A stretch of DNA of 63,171 nt, filler included, from Basidiobolus ranarum (GCA_040143965.1; 38 parts of 38 records of this genome joined end to end with filler, not necessarily neighbours in it), one strand, 5' to 3'; shown: positions 50,003 through 61,761, numbered from the whole stretch's first letter. Numbers and translations: made by a program. The notes: generated from the letters alone by a model not told the origin.

Positions 50003-51562
50003 TGAATGGCTCATTCATAATGAATATGCAACCATATAGCTGAGTAGGTAGTATTGGAATGTTGTTGAATAGTAAGTGCATAGTGCCTAATGGGAAGCTT
50101 GGGTTCCAGCTGATCCACTTTAGCAATATAATCTTAGGCTTACAGCTAATACCAAGTTTGATGTTAGACTGACTATTTGGTGAATTGATATCAGTGATCA
50201 TGTTGAAATCTGACCAGGCTCTTTATGGTAAAATCATGAAGTTTAGTGTTGTCTTTGCATAGTAGTAATGTGTATGCCTGTTAGAGTAAACTCCATTGAT
50301 TTGACAAAATCTACAGCAGGATGGTGCACTATGCCCATCAAAACCTCCAAGTTTACTGATGGCAGGAGTAGCTCCAATACAGACAATGATATTAGATTTA
50401 ATAATATATTCACACATCGGAACCCCATTTAATAACCATTCAAATTCCACAATCAAAGGCTCCAAGAAGCTATCTGTAAGCATTGGTGATACAGGTCCAG
50501 ATATGATGGATAGTATAAAAATGTTATGACTCTTATACTGTTCAGAAGGAGGAAGATTTAAGTTGATTAAAATTATTGGCCAGCAAGCCTTTCAAATGAA
50601 ATGTTTGTTTAGTGAGAAAGCATCCAGAGCCAATGCAAATGCATGATCATAAATGTTCATGAAGAAACCTTGACTTTTTTGATTGTGGTAGTGATATCCA
50701 TCACAAACATTGGTAAAACCATCAGCTTTATGGTGAGTGATTTGGTATTGGATCAATGATCTATAATTGGGTGATTTAAGCAAAACTTTGATATGAGGAA
50801 TCAACAGTGTGTAAGCCAAATATAAGCAATAACTACCTGATTCAGTGATTGCTAATTATGTGCAAACAGGACATGGCTTCAGGTTTTGCAGATCACTGGT
50901 GCAAGCCAAACAACCATTTGGACATGAAGGTAGTTTAATTTCTGAAGGATTATAAGTCATAGAATTGACTAGTGTTATCCACTTGTACCAAGTCTGTGGC
51001 AAGCAACAGTTGCCAATCAACTGTGTTAAAAGTGAAAGATGACCAATAACACCTGGTTGCTAAGATTGGATCAAACTCTCCACTCCTCAATAATCAAAGC
51101 TGCTTCCTTTACTGTAAGTGTTATGAGTGGACTAATGTTTGCCAATAACAAAGAGTCCGTAACAAAACCATTGTCTTCTTCTTCAACTTCTGATATACTA
51201 CCATTGGTACTGGAATAACCAAGGTCAACATCTAGCAGCAAGTCCTCAAAGTTGTCTGGACTTACTGGTTCAACCAAAGTTGCATTTTGACCTACATCAT
51301 TCTGGTCATATAACTGTGGTAACTCCACAGTATCTTGACTTTTGGCAGTGTTACCAAAACTTTGAGGCAAACTACAGTCAGTGGACTCAATAGGCAAAAC
51401 TAAAGTTGATTTAGTGCACTTATTACTGTTGTTATACACCAGGCTTTGTGCAGCTGGTGGCTTTGTACAGTGACTGTGCTTGTGATTATTTTTTCTATGA
51501 AGCCTCTGGCTTTCATAGCACAAGAATTTGTGACAATAATAGCAGGGCTTCTTTAAACGTTT
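50003..51562 (-). mobile_element. CACTA transposase 5' two-thirds, pseudogenised
   Basis: AFALALDAFSLNK and DSFLEPLIVEF..GATPAISKLGGFDGHSAPSCCRFC. Confidence 0.85.
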
Positions 51563-51662
51563 NNNNNNNNNNNNNNNNNNNNNNNNNNNNNNNNNNNNNN
51601 NNNNNNTTAATTAATTAANNNNNNNNNNNNNNNNNNNNNNNNNNNNNNNNNNNNNNNNNNNN

Positions 51663-53221
51663 ATTTCTATCCTATCCAAGGTCAAGCCTGCACAGGCTGA
51701 GATCCTTACTGACGATGCTCTCAGATTCGTCGCTACTCTTCATCGTACCTTCAACCCTACTCGTTTAGCTCTCCTCAAGCGTCGTGAAGATCGTCAAAGA
51801 GAACTCGATAACGGTGTTCTTCCCGACTTCCTTCCAGAGACTGCTTACATCCGTAATGACCCTAACTGGAGAGCTGCTCGCCCTGCCCCTGGTCTTGAAG
51901 ATCGCCGAGTTGAGATCACTGGTCCAGTTGACAGAAAGATGGTCATCAATGCTTTGAACTCTGGAGCCAAGACCTTCATGGCTGACTTTGAAGACTCCTC
52001 CGCTCCTACTTGGGACACCCTTCTCGATGGTCAAATCAACATGCGTGATGCTCTCCGTCGTACCATCACCTTCACCGCACCCAACGGCAAGTACTATAAG
52101 CTTCGTGATGATGGCAAGATCGCCACCTTACTCGTTCGCCCACGTGGTTGGCACATGGAGGAGAAGCATCTCTTGATCGACGGTCAACCTTGCTCAGCTT
52201 CCATCTTTGATTTCGCTTTGTACTTCTTCCACAATGCTCGTAAGTCTGTTGAGATCGGAGCTGGTCCTTACTTCTATCTTCCCAAGATGGAGTCTCATCT
52301 TGAGGCCAGACTCTGGAACGATGTCTTCAACGCTGCTCAGGATATGCTCTCAGTTCCTCGTGGTACCATCCGCGGTACCGTGTTGATTGAGACTCTTCTT
52401 GCTTCATTCGAGATGGATGAGATCATCTATGAACTTCGTGACCACTCATCTGGGCTCAACTGTGGTCGTTGGGATTACATCTTCTCCTTCATCAAGAAGC
52501 TTCGTCAACACTCCAAGTATGTTCTTCCTGACCGTTCGGATGTCACCATGACCTCGCCATTCATGGATGCCTATGTCCGTTTGTTGATCAAGACTTGCCA
52601 TAAGCGTGGAGTACATGCTATGGGAGGTATGGCCGCCAACATTCCTATCAAGAACAACCCACAGGCCAATGAAGCAGCTATGCAAAAGGTCCGCAACGAC
52701 AAGCTTCGTGAAGTGAAGGCTGGTCACGATGGTACCTGGGTTGCCCACCCTGACCTTGTCAAGATCGCTCTTGGTATCTTCAACGAGCACATGACCACTC
52801 CTAACCAAATCCACCTTCGTCGTGATGATGTCCAAGTGAGTGCTGCTGATCTACTCAACAACAACATCAAAGGTGGTAAGGTCACCGAGACTGGCATCCG
52901 TAACAACATCTCCGTTGGTATTGCTTATACTGAAGCTTGGCTTCGTGGCTTAGGTTGTGTCCCAATCCACAACCTCATGGAGGACGCAGCTACTGCTGAG
53001 ATCTCACGTTCTCAATTGTGGCAATGGGCCAAGCATCAAGTCAAGACTGCTGAAGGCAAACAAGTCACACAACAATGGCTTCTCCAGCTCTTGGATGAGG
53101 AGACCGACTCATTGAAGAAGCAACTCGGCAACAAGTATGCCAGCTACAAGTACGATCTTGCTAAGAAGTACATGGCTGGTCAAGTGTCTGGTAAGGATGA
53201 AGACTATGCTGACTTCTTGAC
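51663..53221 (+). CDS. MLS1: Malate synthase (glyoxylate cycle, type A), nearly complete, both ends truncated
   Basis: One open frame over the whole contig: [76 protein letters not shown] and [19 protein letters not shown]. Confidence 0.97.
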
Positions 53222-53321
53222 NNNNNNNNNNNNNNNNNNNNNNNNNNNNNNNNNNNNNNNNNNNNTTAATTAATTAANNNNNNNNNNNNNNNNNNNNNNN
53301 NNNNNNNNNNNNNNNNNNNNN

Positions 53322-53537
53322 GGTAACGGTGGGGCTGGCAATGGTGGTGACAATGGCAACGGCGGTAACGGAGCTGGTGCATATGATGCTGGAAAGGGTG
53401 GAAATGGCAACGGTGATGGTAACGGGGGAGCTGGCAATGGCGGTGACAATGGCAACGGCGGTAACGGAACTGGTGCCTATGATGCTGGAAAGGGTGAAAA
53501 TGGTGATAGCAACGGAGAGCAGGACTGCGACAAATAG
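53322..53537 (+). CDS. C-terminus of a Gly/Asn-rich repeat protein (32-aa unit)
   Basis: GNGGAGNGGDNGNGGNGAGAYDAGKGGNGNGD occurs about twice (96-nt unit with mostly third-position changes), then SNGEQDCDK*. Confidence 0.7.
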   Translation, partial: GNGGAGNGGDNGNGGNGAGAYDAGKGGNGNGDGNGGAGNGGDNGNGGNGTGAYDAGKGENGDSNGEQDCDK

Positions 53538-54737
53538 AGACCTCAACTTATTATACTTATATTTATACCGTATTTATTTATGCTCCATGATGTAGATGAT
53601 TTCAAAATGAGTTCGATTAAAATACAAACATATTTAATGATTGATTTCCAGATAAATGGTACGCTTTCAATATTGGAGAATAAGGCAATACATAGAGCTC
53701 CTACTCTCCAATGTAGGATTAAATACCGATTGTTAATTAGATATTGAAAATCGTGGGCCATACAAGGTCAATTCTTACTGCTCTAGTCAGTTGAAATGTA
53801 CTGAAATGGGGCAGCTTCTAATATATAAAACTTAATTACTACCCACTTGATTATCTGAATTGGTAACACTTGTTCATCAAGGGATCGGTCAGGTTTATTA
53901 TTCAAAATTGAGCTTTACCGAAGTTGAAGATTGCTTAAAATACAAGCTGCAGCGGTATCGAGTAAGATCAGATTGTAATTTGCATTGCTGTACCTAATGT
54001 TTACGGATAGTTCGACTAAAGAGTTGTCACCCAAGAGTCTTTAGCTATATTCCATATCAAAGGTGAAAGCCATTCTACTTCATACCAATATCCATATCAT
54101 ACTCGTATAAAAATAACTGACATATCTATCTTTATTCCTAAAGGGTTTGTGAAAGTATTGCATGTAGTATTAGCAATCGAGAGAGATTAGACTGCTTAGA
54201 AGCACTCAGTGCTAAATATGTCAATGAGACTTGCTTTAATACGCAAAAATATTTGTCGTTCCTACAGGATAAAGATAAATTGAATACCCACCTGGTTATA
54301 TATGTCAATAGCAATAAAAGTTTATTAAATCTGAATGCTCATTCCTAAAGTCATAGTGAACTTATTGTGGCCGGTTCCTGAGGTGAGTGCAATTTCGGGA
54401 CTTGATTCACTGATAAATTGACTGATTAACTTTATTTCGATTGTGCTATTTTTATAAGGTTGATTAGGGGAAAATCAAGTGGCATTCCTGCCGGATTTGG
54501 GAGTGTGCTAATTTCAATAATTATTCGTCCAGTAGTTCTGTAGATATATGCATTTCTTTTACTGTTTTGGTTATTGCGAGGCGTGTAGGAGAGGTGTGAA
54601 CATGAAACTGGGTTGAGGTCGAGGTTTGCTTATACACTATATGTGTGCAACTTATTGAGTTGCTTGAGGTATTATGTTGTCTCCGAAATTGACATCGCTT
54701 TTTGTCTGATAATCCAATTTCGTAACAAACTAACCAA

Positions 54738-54809
54738 GGCTCAATGGTCTAGTCGTATGATTCCTCGTTCGGGTCGTGGAGGTCCCGGGTCCAATTCCCG
54801 GTTGAGCCC
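54738..54809 (+). tRNA. tRNA-Pro(CGG), degenerate, possibly a pseudogene
   Basis: Acceptor GGCTCAA/TTGAGCC, anticodon loop TTCGGGT, T stem CCGGG/CCCGG and a downstream T5 Pol III terminator. The D-loop GG and T-loop TTC are altered. Confidence 0.8.
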
Positions 54810-54980
54810 TCTGTTTTTGTTCAATACATCACCTTTTCGATATTATAGCATTCAAGGTAATTAATGTCGGTAGCGGTAGANNNNNNNNNNNNNNNNNNNN
54901 NNNNNNNNNNNNNNNNNNNNNNNNTTAATTAATTAANNNNNNNNNNNNNNNNNNNNNNNNNNNNNNNNNNNNNNNNNNNN

Positions 54981-56539
54981 CTTGTGTTGGGTATGAGGTA
55001 AATCTTTGGTTTGAAGAACTTTATAAAAATATTCAGGACCATATATCAAAGAGACTATGTATTTTGAAGGTGATAAATTAGCATACAAGTGGTAATATTG
55101 AAAAATTTGAGTTACACTTTTTGCACATATGTTGATCCATAGTTCTCTGAGATTGTAGCCAATCATGTGCAACTATTTTGCAAGATCTTGAAATTTCACT
55201 CCTGAAACTGAAAAAATTGATTAAAATCAAATCTAACTTGATGATTTTATGATGGTATGTAAATGGCCAATCCCAAATGTATTAAAATTGTAATGGTTTT
55301 CCTACAACAACAATCCTCAAATTTCTGTAAGGGAAACCCAATCCATAGACACAGAGTAAGTATTTCTATTATTTGGACTAATTTGTTTGTGTGATTCTCT
55401 GACAGTATTTCTAGGAAAGCTGCAAGACAGACTTCTTGGTGAGATATGCAGTAATACTATTTTAGCCATGGGGTAATCTATTCTAGCAATAACACATTGT
55501 CTTGTGGCAGGACATTTGTTGACTGCTAGTTGGGGATATATTGGCTTAATATTTTACAGAAATTTGCCAAAATCCAAGAGCTTATTCACATTGTAAAAGG
55601 TAACAAGAGTCAGCTATTTTTGAAGTGTGAATGCTATTCAAATTTCATATATTTAGCAGTTTTTCCACCATTAGTTTGCTGGTAAAGTTTATTGATGTCA
55701 TAGAGTTATGTCTGATCCGTCAAGTATGTGGATATGTAGAAACTAATCACAACAAGATTCTTGGATTTTTTGATTCTCATTATAGCTGGAATACAAAGCC
55801 AAAAATTTCTCAATAAAGGCATGCATATCAACTTGAATTCCTACACAATAAACCTAGTAATTTACCATTAAAAAATTTATTTTTGGAAAAATTGCAAGAT
55901 ATTACATAATGCATGCCAAATATGAGGATCAATATTTTAACATGTCTGAATACCACCAAAATACCATCAAGAAGCCACCATCACACCATCAAAATCCATG
56001 GCGGAATGCAAGCCATCAATATTGTGATGGTTCTCTGATGGTATAGCAATTCTTATGGGTGGATCTGATCTGGATCAAATTGATTTTACTTTTGTTTGAG
56101 GTATATGTTGGACCATTGAGCCTACCCCAAAACCTGAAGTTGCTTGGGTGCATGAAAGTATAAACTTTGTAGGAAAACCAGGAATTTAAAAGACTCTGAA
56201 TGTTAGAGCTGCCATCACTTGCTCCAAAAGTGAGTGGTTTGACATTTAGAAACTGTGCAGACTCTTGCCAAAAACCCAAGGGAAAAGCAAAAGAGCCAGT
56301 GACTTTAGGCACTACTGTCCCACTTACCAAATTCTTTACACTGTTACAATGATCTGCATTTGCAGAGTCAGATATAGTGGCAAAAAAGCTTAATTCCACC
56401 ATTGAACTGGGTACACCAGTTGGAAGAGTGCTAAATTCAGAGGTTTAGCTAACACCTGGTGCATCTTAAGAAGCCAAAAGAATAGCAAATGAAACTCAGG
56501 GCTCTCCAACGGCAACCGGAACTTTTCAAAGTGTTGAAA
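54981..56539. mobile_element. Mosaic of CACTA left end (terminus 55333), transposase 3'/right end and ORF2 fragments
   Basis: Homologous to 29058-29400, 40520-41270 and 33480-34130. Confidence 0.75.
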
Positions 56540-56639
56540 NNNNNNNNNNNNNNNNNNNNNNNNNNNNNNNNNNNNNNNNNNNNTTAATTAATTAANNNNN
56601 NNNNNNNNNNNNNNNNNNNNNNNNNNNNNNNNNNNNNNN

Positions 56640-58198
56640 ACAAGTGGCTAGAAGGCAAGAGAGTACTTGGGTGTAGACCACAAGACAAGACAGGACTGGA
56701 CAAGGAAGATACTTTGGCAAGAATCTTTATTGATAACTGGTGTTGATCAGACTGAGGTCTGATCAAGGAATAAAAGGGGCTTATATAGATATTGCAAGGT
56801 GAAATATAATATATTGAACAAGGAATATATTGTGGCAAGTTTGAGAGTTGGGGTGTTGGGGACTACAAGGACCAATACAAAGAGCATATGATGTAAGGAT
56901 GATGTAAGGATGATCAGGTGACCTTCAATGGAAGGTCTTGGTGGAAATACACTAGGTGTGGAATGACGTGATTGGTTAGGTTTCATTGAATGTTCTAAAG
57001 AACATGATTTCAATATGAAGTAATCTGGATGAACAGATACTAGATTGCCAAGAAGGGATGGCACAGCAGATATGATGTCATAATCTAATAATAGAGAAGT
57101 TCTATTTATAGTGGATCAGTATGCAGAGATCTGAATCATGAAAGCCCCCATCTCATCATCAAAAACCCTGGCAGAATGCAAGCCACCAATGTAGTGAGGT
57201 AGCAATGCTACCCACTAGCTGGTTGATTTATTTACACTCCAAGCTTGTATCATTACTATTGTGGACACCACACAAAACCCTTTGGATATTGCGGTTATAG
57301 TTACTGCTTACATCTTATATCAACTACACCAATATTACTATAGTTCTTTGACAGTTTTGCAATTCAGAAGGGTGGATCAGATCTGGATCCAATGAATTTT
57401 ATTTTTGTTATGGTAGATAGAACTACCAAACAATAACTTTAAACCAATTGAAGTATATCCTGGATGTACTAAAAAAGTTTAAAATGGAAGAATTTAATCC
57501 CATATTTCCCTCAATGGAGACAAAACTTAACTTGACTAAAAATGGTGCAAATAACATGTTCTATGATTCAAATGAAAGCCAGAAATTTCATTCTCAATCT
57601 ATGGTTAGTAGGCTGAGATATATCATGACTGGAATTCCACCAGACATTGCATATTCTGTGGGAGTTATGTGCCAATGTCTTTGAAATTATTGATCTGATC
57701 AAACCATAACAGTTCAGTGGAATTTCAGATACTTGAAAGATTCTGTGAATCTGAGCTCAAATACACATATTGTGGATCAAACATTGATCAGATGGGATGT
57801 TCAGTTGCTAACTAGGAATGAAATATTGATGGCAGGAGATCAATCACATGCTCATTGAGTCCTTGCTATAATGCAGCTATTGCTTGGAATTCAGAGAAAT
57901 AACCTATGATAGCAATTTGTGTTGAAATTAGCTTTGCCTATACACCTATATAGTCATATACAGATTAGAACTTAGTAATCTTATGATTCACTAAGCTATT
58001 ATCCATATTCTCAATTTGAATTTACTTAGAATATTTTTACCAACTTTGAAGTTCTCATATATTGTCAAAATAAGGAACTGGACAAGGACTGGGAACAATG
58101 ACAAGTGGCTAGAAGGTAAGAGAGTACTTGGGTGTAGACCACAAGACAAGACAGGACTGGACAAGGAAGATACTTTGGCAAGAATCTTTATTGATAAC
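56640..58198 (+). mobile_element. Nested TE mosaic: TGTCA-type LTR (56640-57140, 58063-58198), short LTR-like insert (57190-57341) in a CACTA right end, copia RT remnant (57410-57915), copia A LTR start (about 57920)
   Basis: YILDVLKKFKMEE..PMETKL...SMVSRLRYIMTGIPPDIAYSVG; repeat identities to other contigs. Confidence 0.7.
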
Positions 58199-58298
58199 NN
58201 NNNNNNNNNNNNNNNNNNNNNNNNNNNNNNNNNNNNNNNNNNTTAATTAATTAANNNNNNNNNNNNNNNNNNNNNNNNNNNNNNNNNNNNNNNNNNNN

Positions 58299-58588
58299 TC
58301 GCCATTGTGGCGCTTCTCAACCGAGGCAACATGTTTTTCGCCATTGTGGCGCTTCTCAACCGAGGCAACATGTTTTTCGCCATTGTGACGCTTCTCGACT
58401 GAAGCAACATGCTGTTGACCATTGTGGCGCTTCTCAACCGAAGCAACATGTTTTTCACCATTATGACGCTTCTCAACTGAGGCAACATGCTGTTGGCCAT
58501 TGTGACGTTTCTCGACTGAAGCGACACTACCTGCCAATGCTAGAGAGGCCAAAGCCAATAATGTAAGACTGATAGAGGTGAAACGCAT
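58299..58588 (-). CDS. Secreted KEX2-processed repeat protein (KEP), N-terminal part: signal peptide plus (HNG[EK/QQ]HVASVEKR)n
   Basis: MRFTSISLTLLALASLALAGSVASVEKR followed by 5 full and 1 partial 13-aa repeats, each ending in KR. TATAAAA lies upstream at about 58732-58738 (minus). Confidence 0.9.
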
Positions 58589-59459
58589 GGTAGAAGATTT
58601 ATTGTTAACGTTAGGAATGTGGTTTAGTAAGGTTGCTTTGGTATTGTCCAGATATTCCTTTTGTTTGAATTTTGTGTGTTAAACTAGAAAGAGAAGATTG
58701 TTCGATCTTTCTATATACATTTCTCGGGTCCTTTTATATGTTCAATGAATTTGCCTTATCCTTGAACCAATTTGATCACTGTATATTATTTCGGAGAATA
58801 TAAAGATCCGTTGAGTGCTCTGCAATCTAATTATCTCCTGAGTGGGAAGCCATAGATGTCGCTTTGCATGTAATTGCATTATTGTATCAAAACTTTTAAT
58901 AGGATGAATTTTCTTGGCCTCAAGCAATGTAATGTACTATATCACCCCGTTACTTTATTTGTGTTGAATTCCCTTCATCTACTGTAGTCCAGCTAGTGTA
59001 CACACGTATAGAAAGTATATGGGCTATGCAAACATAGTCAATTTGACAATAAAACCTTAATTTCAAATATATATATCTCAGAGTGAGAATGCGCATGATT
59101 GAAAAATCAAGACAGGTGGAGAAAGAAGCTTAATACAATTTACAACCAATCATGTGGATAATTCGTATAAACAGGGGTTTGTATATATGGCACAACCATG
59201 CATACCAACTAGAAAGCTACCTACTTGACTAGAATTTTCAATCTGGTTTGTGTTATAAATCAAATATAGTATTGACCGCTTTATTAATCAATAGAGCTTT
59301 ATAATAAATAATTCAATAGCTTTGGCTCTTGGTATAATGAACAATAGTCTCTGTATACATGTTTCTCATTTTTGGCATAAATCGGAAGAATATTGCTAGT
59401 ATTTACCTTCTAATAATTCTATATGATCCTTTAACATGGAGCTCTCAGTAGTGGCATTT

Positions 59460-59856
59460 TTAGACAGTAGAAACATGCTGCTGTCCATTGTGACGCTTCT
59501 CAACTAAAGCAATATGCTGTTGTCCGTTGTGGCGTTTCTCAACCGAGGCAACATGCTTCTCGCCATTGTGACGCTTCTCAACTGAAGCAACATGCTTTTC
59601 GCCATTGTGACGCTTCTCAACCGAGGCAACATGCTTTTCACCATTGTGACGTTTCTCAACCGATGCAACATGTTGTTGTCCGTTGTGGCGCTTCTCAACC
59701 GAGGCAACATGCTTTTCACCATTGTGACGCTTCTCAACTGAGGCAACATGTTGTTGTCCGTTGTGACGCTTCTCAACCGAGGCAACATGTTTTTCGCCAT
59801 TGTGACGCTTTTCTACTGAAGCTACATGTTTTTCGCCATTGTGGCGCTTCTCAACT
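59460..59856 (-). CDS. KEP precursor, C-terminal part of an upstream tandem copy (correct frame missing from ORF track)
   Basis: Manual translation: VEKR, then 8x HNG(EK/QQ)HVASVEKR, HNGQQHIALVEKR and HNGQQHVSTV*. The 39-nt units vary mostly at synonymous sites. Confidence 0.9.
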
Positions 59857-59956
59857 NNNNNNNNNNNNNNNNNNNNNNNNNNNNNNNNNNNNNNNNNNNN
59901 TTAATTAATTAANNNNNNNNNNNNNNNNNNNNNNNNNNNNNNNNNNNNNNNNNNNN

Positions 59957-61404
59957 CTTTCAGCAACTCCATTTTGTTGTGGTGAATAGGGGGCAGTAGT
60001 TTCTTGCTTAATTCCATAAACTTTGCAAAAGTGCTCAAATAGTGTTGAAGTATATTCTCCACCATTATCAGTATGTGTTTTCTTGATTTTAATTCCAGTT
60101 GCAGTCTCCACAAGTGTTTTAAAATCTTTTAAGATAGAGAAAGCTTCTTCTTTTCTTTCCATAAAGTAGATCCAAGTGTATCTTGTATAATCATCAATAA
60201 ATGTGACTAAATATCTCTTTCCACCTCAAGATATATTTTGCATGGGTCCACACAAATCTGAATGAATTAGATCCAATTGTTTGACAGATTTGATTAAACC
60301 AGAACTCTTGAACAATTGCCTGGCTTGCTTTCCATATATACAACCCTCACAAATTTCCATTTTAGTTGGGAGGTTATTTTGAATCCCAGTAATTAGGCAA
60401 TTTTGATCATTTTGCTCAAATAATCAAATTGAATATGGCCAAATCTCTTACGAGATAATTGAATAGTTTCTTGATTGGAATAACTTATATTTACACATAA
60501 ATTTCTTGGATTATATGTAAGTTTGTATAAGTTTTGATCCTTTTCTCCCAAAGCTAAATAATTCCCATTTTGATCAGTGATGGTGCATCCTGACTTATCA
60601 AAATTGAATTTTAGCCCTTCTGAGGTGGCCTAGCATACAGATATTGAATTCTTGGCAATATCTGGAACATGTAGTTCATCCTTAAAAGTATACACCATCT
60701 CTTCAGAAGATCCAGTTAAACTGACTTGAATTGTTCCCATTCCAATAGCATCCAATGTGTGGTCATCTCCCATGAAAACCTTTGTAATTTGGATATCTTC
60801 ATATTCCACAAACCAATGTTTTTCATTTGTGAAATGTCAGGAAACTCCAGAATCAATATACCATGTCTGAGAATCCTTGTTGGTAGCCATAGATAGAGCA
60901 GATATGAACAAGTGATCTTCTGCTGTAACCACATTTCCAGATTAAGCATGTTTTTCTTCTTTTGCAATTCTTTTAAAGCAATCTTTGCTCACATGGCCAG
61001 TTCTTTTACAGTAATCACAGAATGTGTTACTTTTCTTCTCAAAGTGCTTTTGACCTTTATAGGAAGGTTTTGCATAACCTATTAAAGCATTTTCCTCATT
61101 CTTTTGGTTGAGTCCTGATTTGCATAAATCTTCATCCAGAAGTCTGCCAAATACATAATTTATGGTCAAATTTTCAGTTCTTGATTCTAGAGCCATTACT
61201 AGGCTCTGAAACTTGGGTGGCAGCCTATTCAGGACTGTAACTATGATATCTTGATCAGTGGTAGGTACTCCAATGCATTCCATTTCATCCACTAAAATAG
61301 TGACTCTATTGATTAGTGATTTAATGTCTTCTCCTGGCTTCATCTTTTAGTTAAAGAATTGTCTTCTTAGAAATGTCTTGTTGGCAGCAGAACTTGTTTG
61401 GTAG
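59957..61404 (-). mobile_element. Ty1/copia family A gag, protease and integrase
   Basis: CDYCKRTGHVSKDC, LIHSDLCGPM and TDNGGEYTS...TTAPYSPQQNGVAE. Confidence 0.9.
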
Positions 61405-61677
61405 TGTTGGATAATTAATCTTTATTCAACATCATAGTTAACTTTAGTTATGATACATATATCAGAAACAGAAAGCAACATATCTATAGCCCCTATATTC
61501 TAAATAGGAATATCNNNNNNNNNNNNNNNNNNNNNNNNNNNNNNNNNNNNNNNNNNNNTTAATTAATTAANNNNNNNNNNNNNNNNNNNNNNNNNNNNNN
61601 NNNNNNNNNNNNNNGGGAGGGGGGGGGGAGGAAAACTGCGGGGGGGACGAAGGGGGGAGGAGCGTGGGGCAAGGTTT

Positions 61678-61761
61678 GGAAAAATGACCGAATTGGTAAG
61701 GTGGAGGCCTGCTAAGCTTCGGGACTTATGGTCCCTGAGGGTTCGAGTCCCTCTTTTTCCG
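61678..61761 (+). tRNA. trnS: tRNA-Ser(GCT), mitochondrial type
   Basis: Acceptor GGAAAAA/TTTTTCC, anticodon arm GAGGC-CTGCTAA-GCTTC, long variable arm GGGAC/GTCCC, T arm GAGGG-TTCGAGT-CCCTC, discriminator G. Confidence 0.88.

Noticed and set aside
51765-52909. Antisense and alternate-frame ORFs over malate synthase
   Set aside because: Shadow ORFs caused by the strong codon bias of the real gene.
51663-53221. Intronless malate synthase as bacterial contamination or HGT
   Set aside because: Codon usage and sequence ([36 protein letters not shown]) look fungal. Absence of introns alone is not evidence; a phylogeny would settle it.
53274-53595. ORF-track proteins MRSLFVAVLL... (minus) and MGLAMVVTM... 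(plus)
   Set aside because: Repeat-unit differences are mostly synonymous in the Gly/Asn frame, so these are likely shadows. The minus ORF's signal-like start begins at a non-ATG codon.
58740-59070. Zinc-responsive (Zap1/ZafA-like) elements in the KEP promoter
   Set aside because: Only partial ACCTT/AAGGT half matches, expected by chance in AT-rich DNA.
58299-59856. 39-nt tandem repeats as a CRISPR array or non-coding minisatellite; alternative-frame ORFs such as MAKNMLPRLRSVT
   Set aside because: There are no spacers. Variation is mostly synonymous only in the HNGEKHVASVEKR frame, which also has a signal peptide and a proper stop.
1574-61614. Regularly spaced TTAATTAATTAA as a biological repeat or CRISPR-like array
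   Set aside because: Always centred in exactly 88 Ns; it is a synthetic six-frame-stop linker.
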